Below are positions 32,580 through 45,017 of a stretch of 64,000 nucleotides of DNA, one piece after another. Position 1 is the stretch's first letter. Each line of letters starts with the position of its first letter. The notes beneath the pieces were generated by a model. That model made no database searches, was not told the DNA's origin, and saw only the letters and a list, made by a program, of their open reading frames with translations. Source of the DNA: Waddliaceae bacterium (GTDB lineage Bacteria; Chlamydiota; Chlamydiia; Chlamydiales; SLFE01). The stretch covers positions 28,251 through 92,250 of the forward strand of contig CAVYRW010000002.1 of the NCBI GenBank assembly GCA_963771045.1, in the 5' to 3' direction. The translations under genes and the position numbers were made by a program.

Positions 32580-33889
32580 AAAAAACCTTTTTGCTTGCAG
32601 CTATCTGCTCTCTCATCTGTATTAACTACTACATATTACGAAACTTAAAAGACGCGTTGATCCTCCCCGAAACCGGAGCCGAAGCCATCCCGTTTCTCAA
32701 GACTTGGGCCCTTCTTCCCTCCACAGTATTGCTGACAATGATCTTCACATGGCTTGCCAACCGCATGAGTCTAAAAAAATTATTTTTCACCGTCATTTCA
32801 TTCTTCCTCATTTTTTTTGCCCTTTTCGCTTTTCTCCTCTATCCTCTTGGAGATGCCCTATATCTTCATAAAACTGCCGACTCGGTTCAATTTCTTTTTC
32901 CCGAAGGCTGGACCGGATTCACCTCATTGATCCGCTTCTGGCCTCTTTCCCTGTTTTATGTCTTTGCCGAAAGCTGGGCTACAATTGTCTGGTACATCCT
33001 GTTTTGGGGCATCGCCAACGAGATCATCGTTTTCGACGAGGCTAAAAAGGACTACTCCACAGTTATTTTAGCGGGAAATCTTTCAGCTATCATCGCCGGG
33101 GCGGCAGTGACGTTTTTAACCTTTTCCTCCTGGCCGCTGACTTTCAACATACTCACAATCCTCATCATCGGACTGGGTGCGGCGACGCTGATCCTCTTTT
33201 CCTTTCTGGCAGAAGACACCCCCGCGCTGCTGTACATCAAGCAAAGGAAAAAAATGAGTTTTATCGAATCAATTAACTTCGTTAGGCAATCTCCTTACTT
33301 TATCTCTCTTTTGCTGCTTGTTCTCGGTTTCAATCTGATCATTAATTTAAGCGAAGTCGTTTGGAAAGACCAGGTCGTGAACTTATACCCGAGCCCTGCT
33401 CAATACAACGCCTATATGAACAAAGTCTCTATCGCTATCGGAGTTGCATCCACTCTCATTACATTGGGCTTTCAACTGGGTAAACAAAGATGGACATCTA
33501 TTGCCCTTATCACCCCTGTTGTCACTTTCTGCTCGGCTCTTTTCTTTTTTCTCCCCTTGATTTTTTCCGCAGCAGGAACACTTTTTCTCGGCACTTTACA
33601 TATTGTACTCAGCCGCAGCAGCCGCTACACGCTTCTGGATCTATCGAAAGAGATGGCGTTTATTCCTTTTAGTTCCGACGAAAAGCTCAAAGCCAAGACC
33701 CATATCGACGGCATCGGCTCCCGCCTTGGAAAATCCCTGGGATCGGGAGTCTTCCAGGGACTTTTGCTGTTTTTGCCAAGCGTTTCCGCCTGTATTCCTC
33801 TTGTCTTCGTGATTTTAACCGGCATCGTCTTAACAAGCCTCTACAGCATCAATTTTATTGGGCAGGAGATAAAATCTGGCACTCTATAA
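32576..33889 (+). CDS. Nucleotide transport protein (NTT / ATP-ADP translocase family)
   Basis: YILRNLKD, FWGIANEI, EVVWK, KEMAFIP, IDGIGSRLGKSLGS. Confidence 0.88.
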   Translation: MKKTFLLAAICSLICINYYILRNLKDALILPETGAEAIPFLKTWALLPSTVLLTMIFTWLANRMSLKKLFFTVISFFLIFFALFAFLLYPLGDALYLHKTADSVQFLFPEGWTGFTSLIRFWPLSLFYVFAESWATIVWYILFWGIANEIIVFDEAKKDYSTVILAGNLSAIIAGAAVTFLTFSSWPLTFNILTILIIGLGAATLILFSFLAEDTPALLYIKQRKKMSFIESINFVRQSPYFISLLLLVLGFNLIINLSEVVWKDQVVNLYPSPAQYNAYMNKVSIAIGVASTLITLGFQLGKQRWTSIALITPVVTFCSALFFFLPLIFSAAGTLFLGTLHIVLSRSSRYTLLDLSKEMAFIPFSSDEKLKAKTHIDGIGSRLGKSLGSGVFQGLLLFLPSVSACIPLVFVILTGIVLTSLYSINFIGQEIKSGTL

Positions 33890-33902
33890 TTTTTATTGCT
33901 AA
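33876..33902 (+). promoter_or_regulatory. CIRCE-like HrcA operator upstream of groES
   Basis: CTGGCACTC-N9-TATTGCTAA vs consensus TTAGCACTC-N9-GAGTGCTAA (7/9 in each arm). Confidence 0.65.
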
Positions 33903-33919
33903 AAATACCTTCAATCCTC

Positions 33920-33949
33920 TTGACTAAAATAGGATTATAGCCATAAAAT
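33920..33949 (+). promoter_or_regulatory. Putative primary-sigma promoter of groESL
   Basis: TTGACT (33920) - 18 nt - TAAAAT (33944); AGGAG RBS before groES. Confidence 0.5.
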
Positions 33950-33980
33950 TAGTGTTTCAGATTAAAAAGGAGAACGTTAT

Positions 33981-36196
<2,216 letters not shown>

Positions 36197-36419
36197 ACGC
36201 TTCTAAATTTACCGGTTCAATCAGCAACTCCCACCGTAACGACCACCTTTTAGCTCCGCTTATGAGCCACTTGCAAAATTCCAGAAAAATCGATTTTTGA
36301 GCTATTTTGTAGTCTTTTTCCATCTTCTTTTATCGTCATATCGTTCTCATCGCTTTAGGCTCTTTATGTCAAGCGCATGCAGCCATTTACGTGAAATAAT
36401 AATTTAAAGTCATTATTTT

Positions 36420-36582
36420 AACCCGTGATTGTAACCTAATCTCGTTCGCCTCAGTGATTTTAGTGATTCAGATGTGAACTTACGTGATGAAGAGTAAGCT
36501 CTTTAGAGCTTACCGAGGAGGGTAAGTTTGCAGATGGATTGCTAAGATTGAGGCGAACGAGATTAGGTCACAATCACGGGTT
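36420..36582. mobile_element. MITE-like palindromic element (163 bp)
   Basis: 34-bp terminal inverted repeats 36420-36453 and 36549-36582 (1 mismatch); internal hairpin GTAAGCTCT-TT-AGAGCTTAC at 36494-36513. Confidence 0.75.
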
Positions 36583-36619
36583 TAAGCACAAAATGAACAT
36601 GGTAGGTTTTTAGGAGCGG

Positions 36620-37093
36620 TTAACTTCCACGCTCTTCGAAGTATTGAAGAGTCCTCCAGCCTATATAAAGAAGGGGAATGGAGAAAAAGAGATAAATAAA
36701 CCAATAATTGGCGTTCCACTTCAGGACGAAAACACCATCTTTGGAAAAGAAGTAAAGAACAAAGCTAAAAAGAAGAAACATCGAACCTGCCAAAAGGAAA
36801 ATAAGAGGAAGGATCACACCGCGAATGTCTTCCGATCCCTTGAAAACCTCTTCGGATTCAAGCTCTTCGATATTATACTCTTCATTTTCGGATTGATAAG
36901 GAGGTTTTGGAGGTTCCTTATCCTCATAAGTGTCAGTAGTTTGATAAGGGGAAGGCGGGGCTTCCTGCTCGTGATCTTCAAGATCTTCTTCTTCGGGATG
37001 GAGGTAAACGCCGCAGTATATACAGTTTTCCGAACTGCGATCCACCACTCCTTCGCAATTCCAACAAAGCTTTGTTTTTTTTGTTGCGGTCAT
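36620..37093 (-). CDS. Hypothetical membrane protein with N-terminal zinc ribbon
   Basis: CWNC..CIYC, acidic linker, two C-terminal TM helices. Confidence 0.7.
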   Translation of the reverse strand: MTATKKTKLCWNCEGVVDRSSENCIYCGVYLHPEEEDLEDHEQEAPPSPYQTTDTYEDKEPPKPPYQSENEEYNIEELESEEVFKGSEDIRGVILPLIFLLAGSMFLLFSFVLYFFSKDGVFVLKWNANYWFIYLFFSIPLLYIGWRTLQYFEERGS

Positions 37094-37182
37094 AATAATT
37101 AAGTCCTAAGCTTAGAAGGCAATGTCTTCAGTGCTGTCTCTAATGGTTTTTATGAATTAAATTCTCTTTTTCATGCAAGAAT

Positions 37183-40100
37183 TTAATTGGCGACCTCTTC
37201 CCTGGCGCCGCAGCATTTTTTATATTTTTTTCCGCTGCCGCAGGGGCAGGGGTCATTGCGGCCGGGCCCTTTCATGACTTGAACAGGAGCAGATTTTTCC
37301 CCTTCGACCCCCTGCTGCAGTGCTGGCTGGCCTTCAGCGGACTGTTCAAGCGGATCTACAAGGGATCTCTCTTTTTCCATCTGCATCTGACCTAAAATGG
37401 CCTCGAGTTGGGAGGTATTGACAGCCATCAGCTCGAACTTAAAAAGATTTTGAGCGATCGTAGTGCGGAGATTGACGCTCAGCTCATGGAAGAGCTGAAA
37501 GGCTTCATGTTTAAATTCCATAAGAGGATCGCGCTGCCCGAACTGACGCAAAACGACGTCGGATCGAAGATGATCCATCGAAAGGAGGTGACGCTGCCAC
37601 AACCTGTCGACTTCCCGTATCATCAGATTCCTGACAGCGTATTCGACCGGATTATCCCTGTCTGCAGGAACGGGATTTGCGGGATCGACAAATTTTTCGA
37701 CTTCGCGCTCGCACTTTTCCCGAAAAGCCCTAGTCGCCTTCCCGGAAGCCAGACCGGCAATATCGTCTGTACTGTAGTCGTCGCTGTCGAATTCATCTTC
37801 TTCTATCTTGATAGGGAAGTGGGCAAGGAGCCACTCGCGGAATCCTTCGCTATTCCAGCCCCCTTCGACCGCGCGGCTGGAAAAATAATCCTCAGCACCC
37901 TGATAAACCACATCCTCAAGGACTTCACAGGCCAGATCGATCACTTGGGGATTGCAGAGAATGTCGTTGCGGAAGGAATAGATTTCCTGCCTCTGTTTAT
38001 TCATCACATCATCATATTCGAGAGTATGCTTACGTATGGTGTAATTCCTTTGCTCCACCCTTTTTTGAGCGGTTTCGATCGAGCGGTTCAGAATTTTTGC
38101 GGAAATGGGCTCCCCTTCGGGCGGTCTGAATTTCTGGAGAATCGCATTGAGTCTGGGAGAGGCAAAAAGGCGCATAAGCGCATCTTCAAACGACACATAA
38201 AACTTGGAGCTTCCCGGATCTCCCTGGCGAGCGCTCCGCCCCCTAAGCTGACGGTCGATGCGGCGGGATTGGTGGCGGGTGGTGCCGATGACGTAAAGGC
38301 CTCCGTTAGACGCAATCCCTTCGCCTAGCTTGATGTCGGTTCCCCGGCCAGCCATGTTGGTCGCGATTGTAATCGCACCATTTTGTCCGGCGTTGGCGAC
38401 AATTTCCGCTTCCCGCGCGTGATTTTTCGCATTCAAAACAACATATTCCAGACGATTCTGCCTGAAAATCCTCGCGAGCTTTTCCGACACTTCCACCGAC
38501 TCGGTTCCGATAAGAATCGGCCTCCCTTTTTCATGCTCGACTTTGACATCGGAGAGAATCGCATTGTATTTTTCCCGCTCGGTCATATAGATCTCGTCAT
38601 TACCGTCTTCGCGAATGCAGGGCTTGTGCGTCGGAATGGGCAAGCACTCGAGTTCGTAAATCTCTTTGAACTCAGCCGCTTCGGTAATCGCCGTTCCCGT
38701 CATTCCCGATAGTTTGCCGTACATGCGGAAGAAATTTTGCAGGGTAATCGTCGCATACGTTTGCGTCTCGCGCTGAATGGAAACTCCCTCTTTTGCCTCA
38801 ATCGCTTGATGCAGTCCGTCGGAAAAACGGCGGCCGGGCTGAGGGCGTCCCGTATTTTCGTCGATGATGACGATCTTGCCGTCTTGAACGATATAGTCGA
38901 CATCCTTTTCCATCAAAAGATGGGCTCTTAGCATCTGCCGGACATTGTGGGCTCTCTCCTTCCTCTTGGCATCCTCGTCCTGAACGGCGACTTTTCGCTG
39001 CATTTTCTCTTCATCGCTGAGCGACGGATCGCCGTCGATTTTCAAATACTCGTGGCTGATATCCATCATAACGAAGTCGTCGTCGCGGCCCTCCCCGGCA
39101 ATCTCTCCCCACGTCGCTATGCCGCGATCGGTCAATTCATATTCGCTGCCCTTCTCATCGACAATGATATAGAGATCGGCCAAAACCTGGGCTTTTTCCC
39201 TTTTTCCCTGCTCTCCATGATAATAGAGGTCGATATTGTCGATGGCAGCTCTTAGGTCGGGATCTTCCTGCATCCGTTTGACCACCTTGTGGCGCGGGGT
39301 TCCCTTGCTGACAATCCACAATTTTCTAACAGCTCCGTCGATCTCTTCATCCGAGGGGCAAAGAGACCCTTCCAGATCCCTTTTATCCAAAACACGCCTC
39401 GCTTCGGTGGCGAGCCGGTTGCAAAGGTCACGCTGGCGGCGCACCAGCTCGTTGACGCTTCCCTTAAGATCTCCATACATTTGGTAGCTTTCAGGCGCCG
39501 GACCAGAAATAATCAGAGGCGTTCTGGCCTCGTCGATCAGAATGGAATCGACCTCGTCGATAATCGCAAAATAATATCCCCGCTGCACCTGCTGCTCTTT
39601 GCTGGCCGCCATGGAATTATCGCGAAGGTAGTCGAAACCGAATTCCGAGGCCGTGCCGTAGACAACGTCGCATTCGTAGATTCCTTTGCGCTGCTCCATC
39701 GGCGTACCGTTCGTCAAAGCGCCGGTCTTCAGTCCCAGCCACCTCAATATCGAGCCGGTCCACTGGCAATCCCGTTCGGCAAGGTAATCGTTGACAGTCA
39801 CAAGGTGAACAGGCTTTCCGGTCAGGGCGTTGAGATAAAGGGGAAGCGTTGCCGTCAGAGTCTTTCCCTCTCCGGTCTGCATCTCGGCAATCGTCCCGTC
39901 GTGCATGGCGATGGCTCCGATCAACTGCACATCGTAGGGAACCATATCCCATTTTTGGTCATAGCCCGAAACATGGACCTCGGCGCCGACAAGCCTTCGG
40001 CAGACGTCTTTTACGACCGCATACGCCTCGGGAAGAATCTGGTCGATGGGCTCGCCTTCCTGCAAACGCTTTTTAAACTCATCGGTTTTGGCTCTGATCT

Positions 40101-40221
40101 GCTGATCGCTAAGCGACTGAAACTCTTCTTCAAGTTTATTGATATCCTTGACAATTTTGCGGTATTTTTGGACCGCGCGGTCCTGCCATGTACCAAATAT
40201 TTTTTTTATGAACGATACCAT
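37183..40221 (-). CDS. secA: Preprotein translocase ATPase SecA
   Basis: MQTGEGKT, IIDEVDSILIDEARTPLIISG, ATNMAGRGTDI, SEC-C tail CPCGSGKKYKKCC. Confidence 0.98.
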   Translation of the reverse strand: MVSFIKKIFGTWQDRAVQKYRKIVKDINKLEEEFQSLSDQQIRAKTDEFKKRLQEGEPIDQILPEAYAVVKDVCRRLVGAEVHVSGYDQKWDMVPYDVQLIGAIAMHDGTIAEMQTGEGKTLTATLPLYLNALTGKPVHLVTVNDYLAERDCQWTGSILRWLGLKTGALTNGTPMEQRKGIYECDVVYGTASEFGFDYLRDNSMAASKEQQVQRGYYFAIIDEVDSILIDEARTPLIISGPAPESYQMYGDLKGSVNELVRRQRDLCNRLATEARRVLDKRDLEGSLCPSDEEIDGAVRKLWIVSKGTPRHKVVKRMQEDPDLRAAIDNIDLYYHGEQGKREKAQVLADLYIIVDEKGSEYELTDRGIATWGEIAGEGRDDDFVMMDISHEYLKIDGDPSLSDEEKMQRKVAVQDEDAKRKERAHNVRQMLRAHLLMEKDVDYIVQDGKIVIIDENTGRPQPGRRFSDGLHQAIEAKEGVSIQRETQTYATITLQNFFRMYGKLSGMTGTAITEAAEFKEIYELECLPIPTHKPCIREDGNDEIYMTEREKYNAILSDVKVEHEKGRPILIGTESVEVSEKLARIFRQNRLEYVVLNAKNHAREAEIVANAGQNGAITIATNMAGRGTDIKLGEGIASNGGLYVIGTTRHQSRRIDRQLRGRSARQGDPGSSKFYVSFEDALMRLFASPRLNAILQKFRPPEGEPISAKILNRSIETAQKRVEQRNYTIRKHTLEYDDVMNKQRQEIYSFRNDILCNPQVIDLACEVLEDVVYQGAEDYFSSRAVEGGWNSEGFREWLLAHFPIKIEEDEFDSDDYSTDDIAGLASGKATRAFREKCEREVEKFVDPANPVPADRDNPVEYAVRNLMIREVDRLWQRHLLSMDHLRSDVVLRQFGQRDPLMEFKHEAFQLFHELSVNLRTTIAQNLFKFELMAVNTSQLEAILGQMQMEKERSLVDPLEQSAEGQPALQQGVEGEKSAPVQVMKGPGRNDPCPCGSGKKYKKCCGAREEVAN

Positions 40222-40328
40222 GGGATTCCTTCTCCATTATTAAGTATAAATTGTAACTCAAAAACTTGTTTTCTACAAGTTAACCATCATTTATAATAGG
40301 TCTGAATACAATATAGGAGACTTAAGTT

Positions 40329-41078
40329 ATGATGCGTTCTGCCAACCCCGCCTTGACACAAGGCACCTTTTCGGGCTTAAGAAGCCATGCTCAGCTAAAC
40401 AATGCGATGACAGTCGGGGGAACTGTCTTGAAAACATTCATCCTGCTCGGATGCGTCCTGCTGACTGCCGGATATACCTGGGGGCTTTTTCTCAAGTCGG
40501 GAAACCCGGCAGCCCTAACCCCTTGGATGATTGGAGGGATTATTGGAGGGCTGATCGCCGCAGTCGCAACGATTTTTAAAAAAGAATGGGCCCCCATTTC
40601 CGCTCCGATATATGCTCTTTTTGAAGGGCTTTTCCTCGGTAGCATCTCATCGATTCTCAACGCCCAGTACCCGGGAATTGTCATTCAAGCCGTCGCCCTA
40701 ACATTCGGCACGCTGGCAGTGATGCTTTTTGCCTACTCGACAGGACTGATAAAGGCCACAGAAAAATTTAAACTGGGGGTTATCGCTGCAACCGGCGCCA
40801 TTTTCCTCGTCTACTTTGCCTCCCTGATTATGAGTTTTTTCGGAATTAATTTCGGATTCATTTACGGCAATGGATGGACCGGCATCGGCTTCAGCATTGT
40901 CGTTGTGATCATTGCCGCGCTAAATCTCATTATCGACTTCGACGTGATTGAAAAAGGATCCACGGCCGGCGTTCCGAAATACATGGAATGGTACGGCGCC
41001 TTTGCGCTGATGGTCACTTTGGTTTGGCTCTATATAGAAATATTGCGGCTGCTCTCCAAAATCCGTTCCAGCCGTTAG
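40329..41078 (+). CDS. Bax inhibitor-1/YccA family membrane protein
   Basis: About 7 TM; EWYGAFALMVTLVWLYIEILRLL. Confidence 0.85.
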   Translation: MMRSANPALTQGTFSGLRSHAQLNNAMTVGGTVLKTFILLGCVLLTAGYTWGLFLKSGNPAALTPWMIGGIIGGLIAAVATIFKKEWAPISAPIYALFEGLFLGSISSILNAQYPGIVIQAVALTFGTLAVMLFAYSTGLIKATEKFKLGVIAATGAIFLVYFASLIMSFFGINFGFIYGNGWTGIGFSIVVVIIAALNLIIDFDVIEKGSTAGVPKYMEWYGAFALMVTLVWLYIEILRLLSKIRSSR

Positions 41079-41947
41079 GAAGTCATGGGCTGGCCCATGC
41101 GGCACAAAATTTCGCGCCCCTTTTGGGAATAAGCGAGAAGGTCGGAGCTGAACACCGCTTTTCCGGGCTCAAAAACCAGCGCGACCGCCGAACCGCCAAA
41201 AGAAAAGTAGCATTTTTCCATCCCCTTTTCAACGGGGCGGTTTGGCTCATAGGTTTGATGGATTAAACCGACATTAGTCGCCCCGATTTCAATCATAAGG
41301 ATTTTTCCGTACTTCTCAGTCTCCAGTTCGCAAATAGAACGTTTGTTTTCGGCAAGGGCCGAAAGGCTTGCAAGCGGGTTTACCGAATAAAGCGGACCGT
41401 TGATGATTCGGGACTCCGAGGGGAGCCCGTCGCAGGGAAAATGAACCCGGTGATAATCGGGAGGGGCCAGGCGGCCGATCGCTAGACTCCCGTTTTCATA
41501 CCTTTTAGCAAGCCGGCAATCTTTAAGAAATGTCTCGAGAGAAAATTTCTTTCCCTTGATAACAAATCCCGTAGAAGAATCAATATTCCGGAAGAACATA
41601 TACCGCCCGTCAGCGGGGATAATAGCGGCATCTCCCTTGGCGATCAGGCGGGACCCCGCCCGCAGTTTCCGGGTAAAAAAATCATTGAAAGAGCGGTATT
41701 CATCCACCTGTTTTTCAAATTGGGACATGTCGAGTTCGAACTGCTTCACAAATCCCGCAATTTTCCATCTGCTCAGAGGAAACGATTGAACCCAACCATA
41801 GAGAATTGAACAAAGGGGGAATCGACAAACCAGAAACTGCGCCGTTTTTTGGTACCAGCTATCGCCCGTGATAAAGCGGAGGGCTTTCTCGCCGTAGATC
41901 CTTTCCGTTTCAATCTGTCCCGTTTCCCGGTTAATCACCTCAATCAT
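41075..41947 (-). CDS. psd: Phosphatidylserine decarboxylase proenzyme
   Basis: SFNDFFTRKL, PADG, RLAPPDYHRVHFP, FGGS cleavage motif. Confidence 0.92.
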   Translation of the reverse strand: MIEVINRETGQIETERIYGEKALRFITGDSWYQKTAQFLVCRFPLCSILYGWVQSFPLSRWKIAGFVKQFELDMSQFEKQVDEYRSFNDFFTRKLRAGSRLIAKGDAAIIPADGRYMFFRNIDSSTGFVIKGKKFSLETFLKDCRLAKRYENGSLAIGRLAPPDYHRVHFPCDGLPSESRIINGPLYSVNPLASLSALAENKRSICELETEKYGKILMIEIGATNVGLIHQTYEPNRPVEKGMEKCYFSFGGSAVALVFEPGKAVFSSDLLAYSQKGREILCRMGQPMTS

Positions 41948-42119
41948 ATTCGCTTCTCGGCAATACTGGAAAAAAAAGTTAAGAAAATTAAAAATTTTAT
42001 TCCTGTCATCATTAAAAGGGTATCATAAAGAAAGTCTAAAGCTCAATCGATATTGTTTTAAAATCGCTCTATATCTTATAATTTTCATTCACTTGCATAA
42101 TCACTAAAGGAGAACCGAA

Positions 42120-42944
42120 ATGTCCAAAGTGTCCAAAGCCCAATCAGTGCCAACAGCTTTACTCCGTCCTCTTCGCCACCCCGACAATATGCTTTACACA
42201 CTCTGGACCAAAAAAAGCATAAAAGCCACCGCCAAGACAGTAAAACTGGCCGCCGCCGCCTTCAATATGCTCAGCTTGACCTTTAAAAGCGTCCCTGCAT
42301 TACCCCAGCTGAAAACAACAAGCACTGTAATCGACATGACAAGTAAACTTTTTGTGGACAGCTACCGCCTCGCTCGCGGATTCATCAATAGAGATATCTT
42401 CAAACCGGGAAAAGATAAAAATGAGCCTGCCAATACAGTCGGTATCGACTACAAATATCAAATCCCCTACGTCGTGAAAATTGTCGCGTTGACTGTCGCC
42501 ACTCTGGCCACAGCCTATATCGCGGTAAAAACCTGTTTTGTCCCGCAGGTGGCCATTCTCGGACAGGCATTCACCACATACACAGCAAAGATTGCTTTTG
42601 CTATCGGCGGCAATAATCTCGCGTCAGTCGCCAATTGCCTCACATCCATCAGCCTAAACACCGTAAGAAACGTCAGTTTGATTGTTTTCCTCGGAATCTC
42701 AGGTTACCAATGCGTGAACAAAGTGAGGGCAGAGATGAAAAGAGCTAAAGAAGAGGGCAGAAAAGTCAACTGGGGCGAGGTGGTCTTGCAAGAACTCAAA
42801 AGCGTTGAGAACCTTGGAAAAATTGCCGTCATCACAATGTGTCTCTTCGGCGCTCCAACTTTAATGATTGTCGGAACAGGACTTATTGTCGCCTACATTT
42901 GCGTGGTGACCGAATACCAAAATGCATTGCCGGATAAAACCTAA
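42120..42944 (+). CDS. Hypothetical membrane-associated protein
   Basis: AGGAG RBS; 274 aa with hydrophobic stretches. Confidence 0.6.
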   Translation: MSKVSKAQSVPTALLRPLRHPDNMLYTLWTKKSIKATAKTVKLAAAAFNMLSLTFKSVPALPQLKTTSTVIDMTSKLFVDSYRLARGFINRDIFKPGKDKNEPANTVGIDYKYQIPYVVKIVALTVATLATAYIAVKTCFVPQVAILGQAFTTYTAKIAFAIGGNNLASVANCLTSISLNTVRNVSLIVFLGISGYQCVNKVRAEMKRAKEEGRKVNWGEVVLQELKSVENLGKIAVITMCLFGAPTLMIVGTGLIVAYICVVTEYQNALPDKT

Positions 42945-42955
42945 AATCTAATCTT

Positions 42956-44335
42956 ATGGAATCCTTTATCCACCAACCCTATCAACCCGGAGAAACAATA
43001 GCCGCGATAGCGACGCCTCCGGGCGAAGGGGGGGTGGCGATAATCCGCATTTCAGGGAAAGAGGCCGTTTCAACTGCCGGCCGCATCTTTTCAGGACCTG
43101 TAGAAACTTATGATTCACATACTGCCCATTTCGGACACATCATCGATGAAAAGGGACGCCATATCGACGACGCCCTTTTGCTCCCGATGCTGGGAAAACG
43201 GTCGTTCACCGGCGAAGACACCGTTGAAATCCACTGTCACGGGGGCGCGCTCATCACCCGCCGCGTACTCGATGTCGTTCTGAAAGCGGGGGCCCGGCAA
43301 GCCTGGCCGGGAGAATTTTCCTTCAAAGCCTTTATGAACGGCAAACTCGATTTGGCGCAGGCAGAAGCCATACAGGCGCTCGTCTCGGCCAAAAATGAAC
43401 ATGCGCTAAACGCTGCCGAACAGCAGCTGCAGGGCGCTTTGTCTGAAAAAATTCGTTCGTTTCAAATCCGCCTCACCGATATCGCCGCGATGCTTGAGGC
43501 GTGGGTCGATTTTCCAGAGGAAGACATCGAGTTCGCAAGCATTGAAGAGGTTGTGAAACACTTGTCTGCCGTTAACGATGACATGAAAATTCTCAGCGAA
43601 ACATTCCACGACGGAAGGATCGCCCAGAACGGCATCGCCCTCTGTCTGGTTGGGAGCCCCAATGTAGGAAAATCCTCTCTGATGAACGCCATGCTTGGCC
43701 GCGACAGAGCTATCGTGTCCCACATCCCCGGCACCACCCGCGACATTCTCGAGGACCATCTCCGTTTGAATGGCCTGAACTTTCGCTTAACCGACACCGC
43801 CGGCATCAGAGAGACCCAAGACCTCATCGAAAAAGAAGGAGTTGTCCGCTCGCAAAAAGCGATGGGTGAGGCCGACTTGGTCCTTCTCGTCCTCGACTTG
43901 CAAAAAGGGATTTCGGCTCTCGACCGCAAACTCTTCGACATGGTCCCGAGAAACAAAACCCTCGCCATTTGGAATAAAGTCGACCTGCCGCACGATAAAC
44001 CTCCGTCTTTGCAATTTCCCCACACTGCCACAATATCGGCTAAAACAAAACAGGGATTCGATGCATTGAAAAAACAAATTGACGATATCGTCTGGACCGG
44101 GGGGCCCCCATCCTTTGAAGAAGTGCTGATCACCAACGTCCGCCACAAAGAAGCGATTGAAAAAGCTATATCTCATTGCAAAAACCTCATCGTTGGGCTC
44201 AAAGAGAGGCATTCTCCGGAATTCCTATCGCTTGACATGCGGCAGACGCTGTCAGAGCTCGGAAAAATCATCGGTATGGATATCACTGAAGATATTTTAA
44301 GCGCTATCTTCTCAAAATTTTGTATTGGAAAATGA
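42956..44335 (+). CDS. mnmE: tRNA modification GTPase MnmE (TrmE)
   Basis: TIAAIATP, GSPNVGKSS, DTAG, NKVD, C-terminal FCIGK. Confidence 0.97.
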   Translation: MESFIHQPYQPGETIAAIATPPGEGGVAIIRISGKEAVSTAGRIFSGPVETYDSHTAHFGHIIDEKGRHIDDALLLPMLGKRSFTGEDTVEIHCHGGALITRRVLDVVLKAGARQAWPGEFSFKAFMNGKLDLAQAEAIQALVSAKNEHALNAAEQQLQGALSEKIRSFQIRLTDIAAMLEAWVDFPEEDIEFASIEEVVKHLSAVNDDMKILSETFHDGRIAQNGIALCLVGSPNVGKSSLMNAMLGRDRAIVSHIPGTTRDILEDHLRLNGLNFRLTDTAGIRETQDLIEKEGVVRSQKAMGEADLVLLVLDLQKGISALDRKLFDMVPRNKTLAIWNKVDLPHDKPPSLQFPHTATISAKTKQGFDALKKQIDDIVWTGGPPSFEEVLITNVRHKEAIEKAISHCKNLIVGLKERHSPEFLSLDMRQTLSELGKIIGMDITEDILSAIFSKFCIGK

Positions 44336-44952
44336 AAAAAAAAGAAAAAGCAGCCCTCATTCAAAAAATACTCGACAAACATTTTCCCAATCCCCCCATA
44401 CCCCTCGAACACACAGATAACTACACACTTCTGATAGCGGTCCTTCTTTCTGCCCAGTGCACGGATGCCAGAGTCAATCTGATAACCCCTAAACTGTTTA
44501 AAAAGGCCCGTACTCCGGAAAAGATGGTCACGCTGCCCGTTGACAAGATCGAAGACATTATACGCCCTTGCGGCCTGGCGCCGAGCAAAGCCAAAGCGAT
44601 TTGGAACCTGTCCAAACAATTACTTGACAAGCACAGAGGGGAGGTCCCCGATACCTTTGAAGAACTGGAAGCCCTTCCCGGCGTGGGGCATAAAACTGCT
44701 TCTGTAGTTATGGCCCAGGCATTTTGCAAACCGGCTTTTCCTGTCGACACCCACATTCACCGCTGCGCCAAGAGGTGGGCCTTAAGTTCCGGAAAAAACG
44801 TCGTGCAAACGGAAAAAGATTTAAAAAAAGTTTTTCCCGAGGATTCATGGATCAAACTCCACCTGCAAATTATTTATTTTGCCCGCAAGTTCTGCCAGGC
44901 CAAAAAGCACGACCCTGCCAAATGTCCTATCTGCTCAAAAATCTCCGGTTGA
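44332..44952 (+). CDS. nth: Endonuclease III
   Basis: LLSAQCTD, LPGVGHKTA, VDTH, C-terminal Cys cluster. Confidence 0.95.
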   Translation: MKKKEKAALIQKILDKHFPNPPIPLEHTDNYTLLIAVLLSAQCTDARVNLITPKLFKKARTPEKMVTLPVDKIEDIIRPCGLAPSKAKAIWNLSKQLLDKHRGEVPDTFEELEALPGVGHKTASVVMAQAFCKPAFPVDTHIHRCAKRWALSSGKNVVQTEKDLKKVFPEDSWIKLHLQIIYFARKFCQAKKHDPAKCPICSKISG

Positions 44953-45017
44953 AATTAAGTGATCATCCGGTTATGATTTTAGTCCGGACAAAATGTTAAA
45001 ACTAGGAATTTAAACTC

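Noticed and set aside
36265..36312. Shared word CGATTTTTGAGCTAT also present near 54886-54900
   Set aside because: Only about 15 bp; possibly a relic of a third repeat family but too short to call
37408..40296. Long + strand ORFs opposite secA (and similar shadows opposite RHS, mnmE and opp genes)
   Set aside because: Antisense shadow ORFs of well-supported genes
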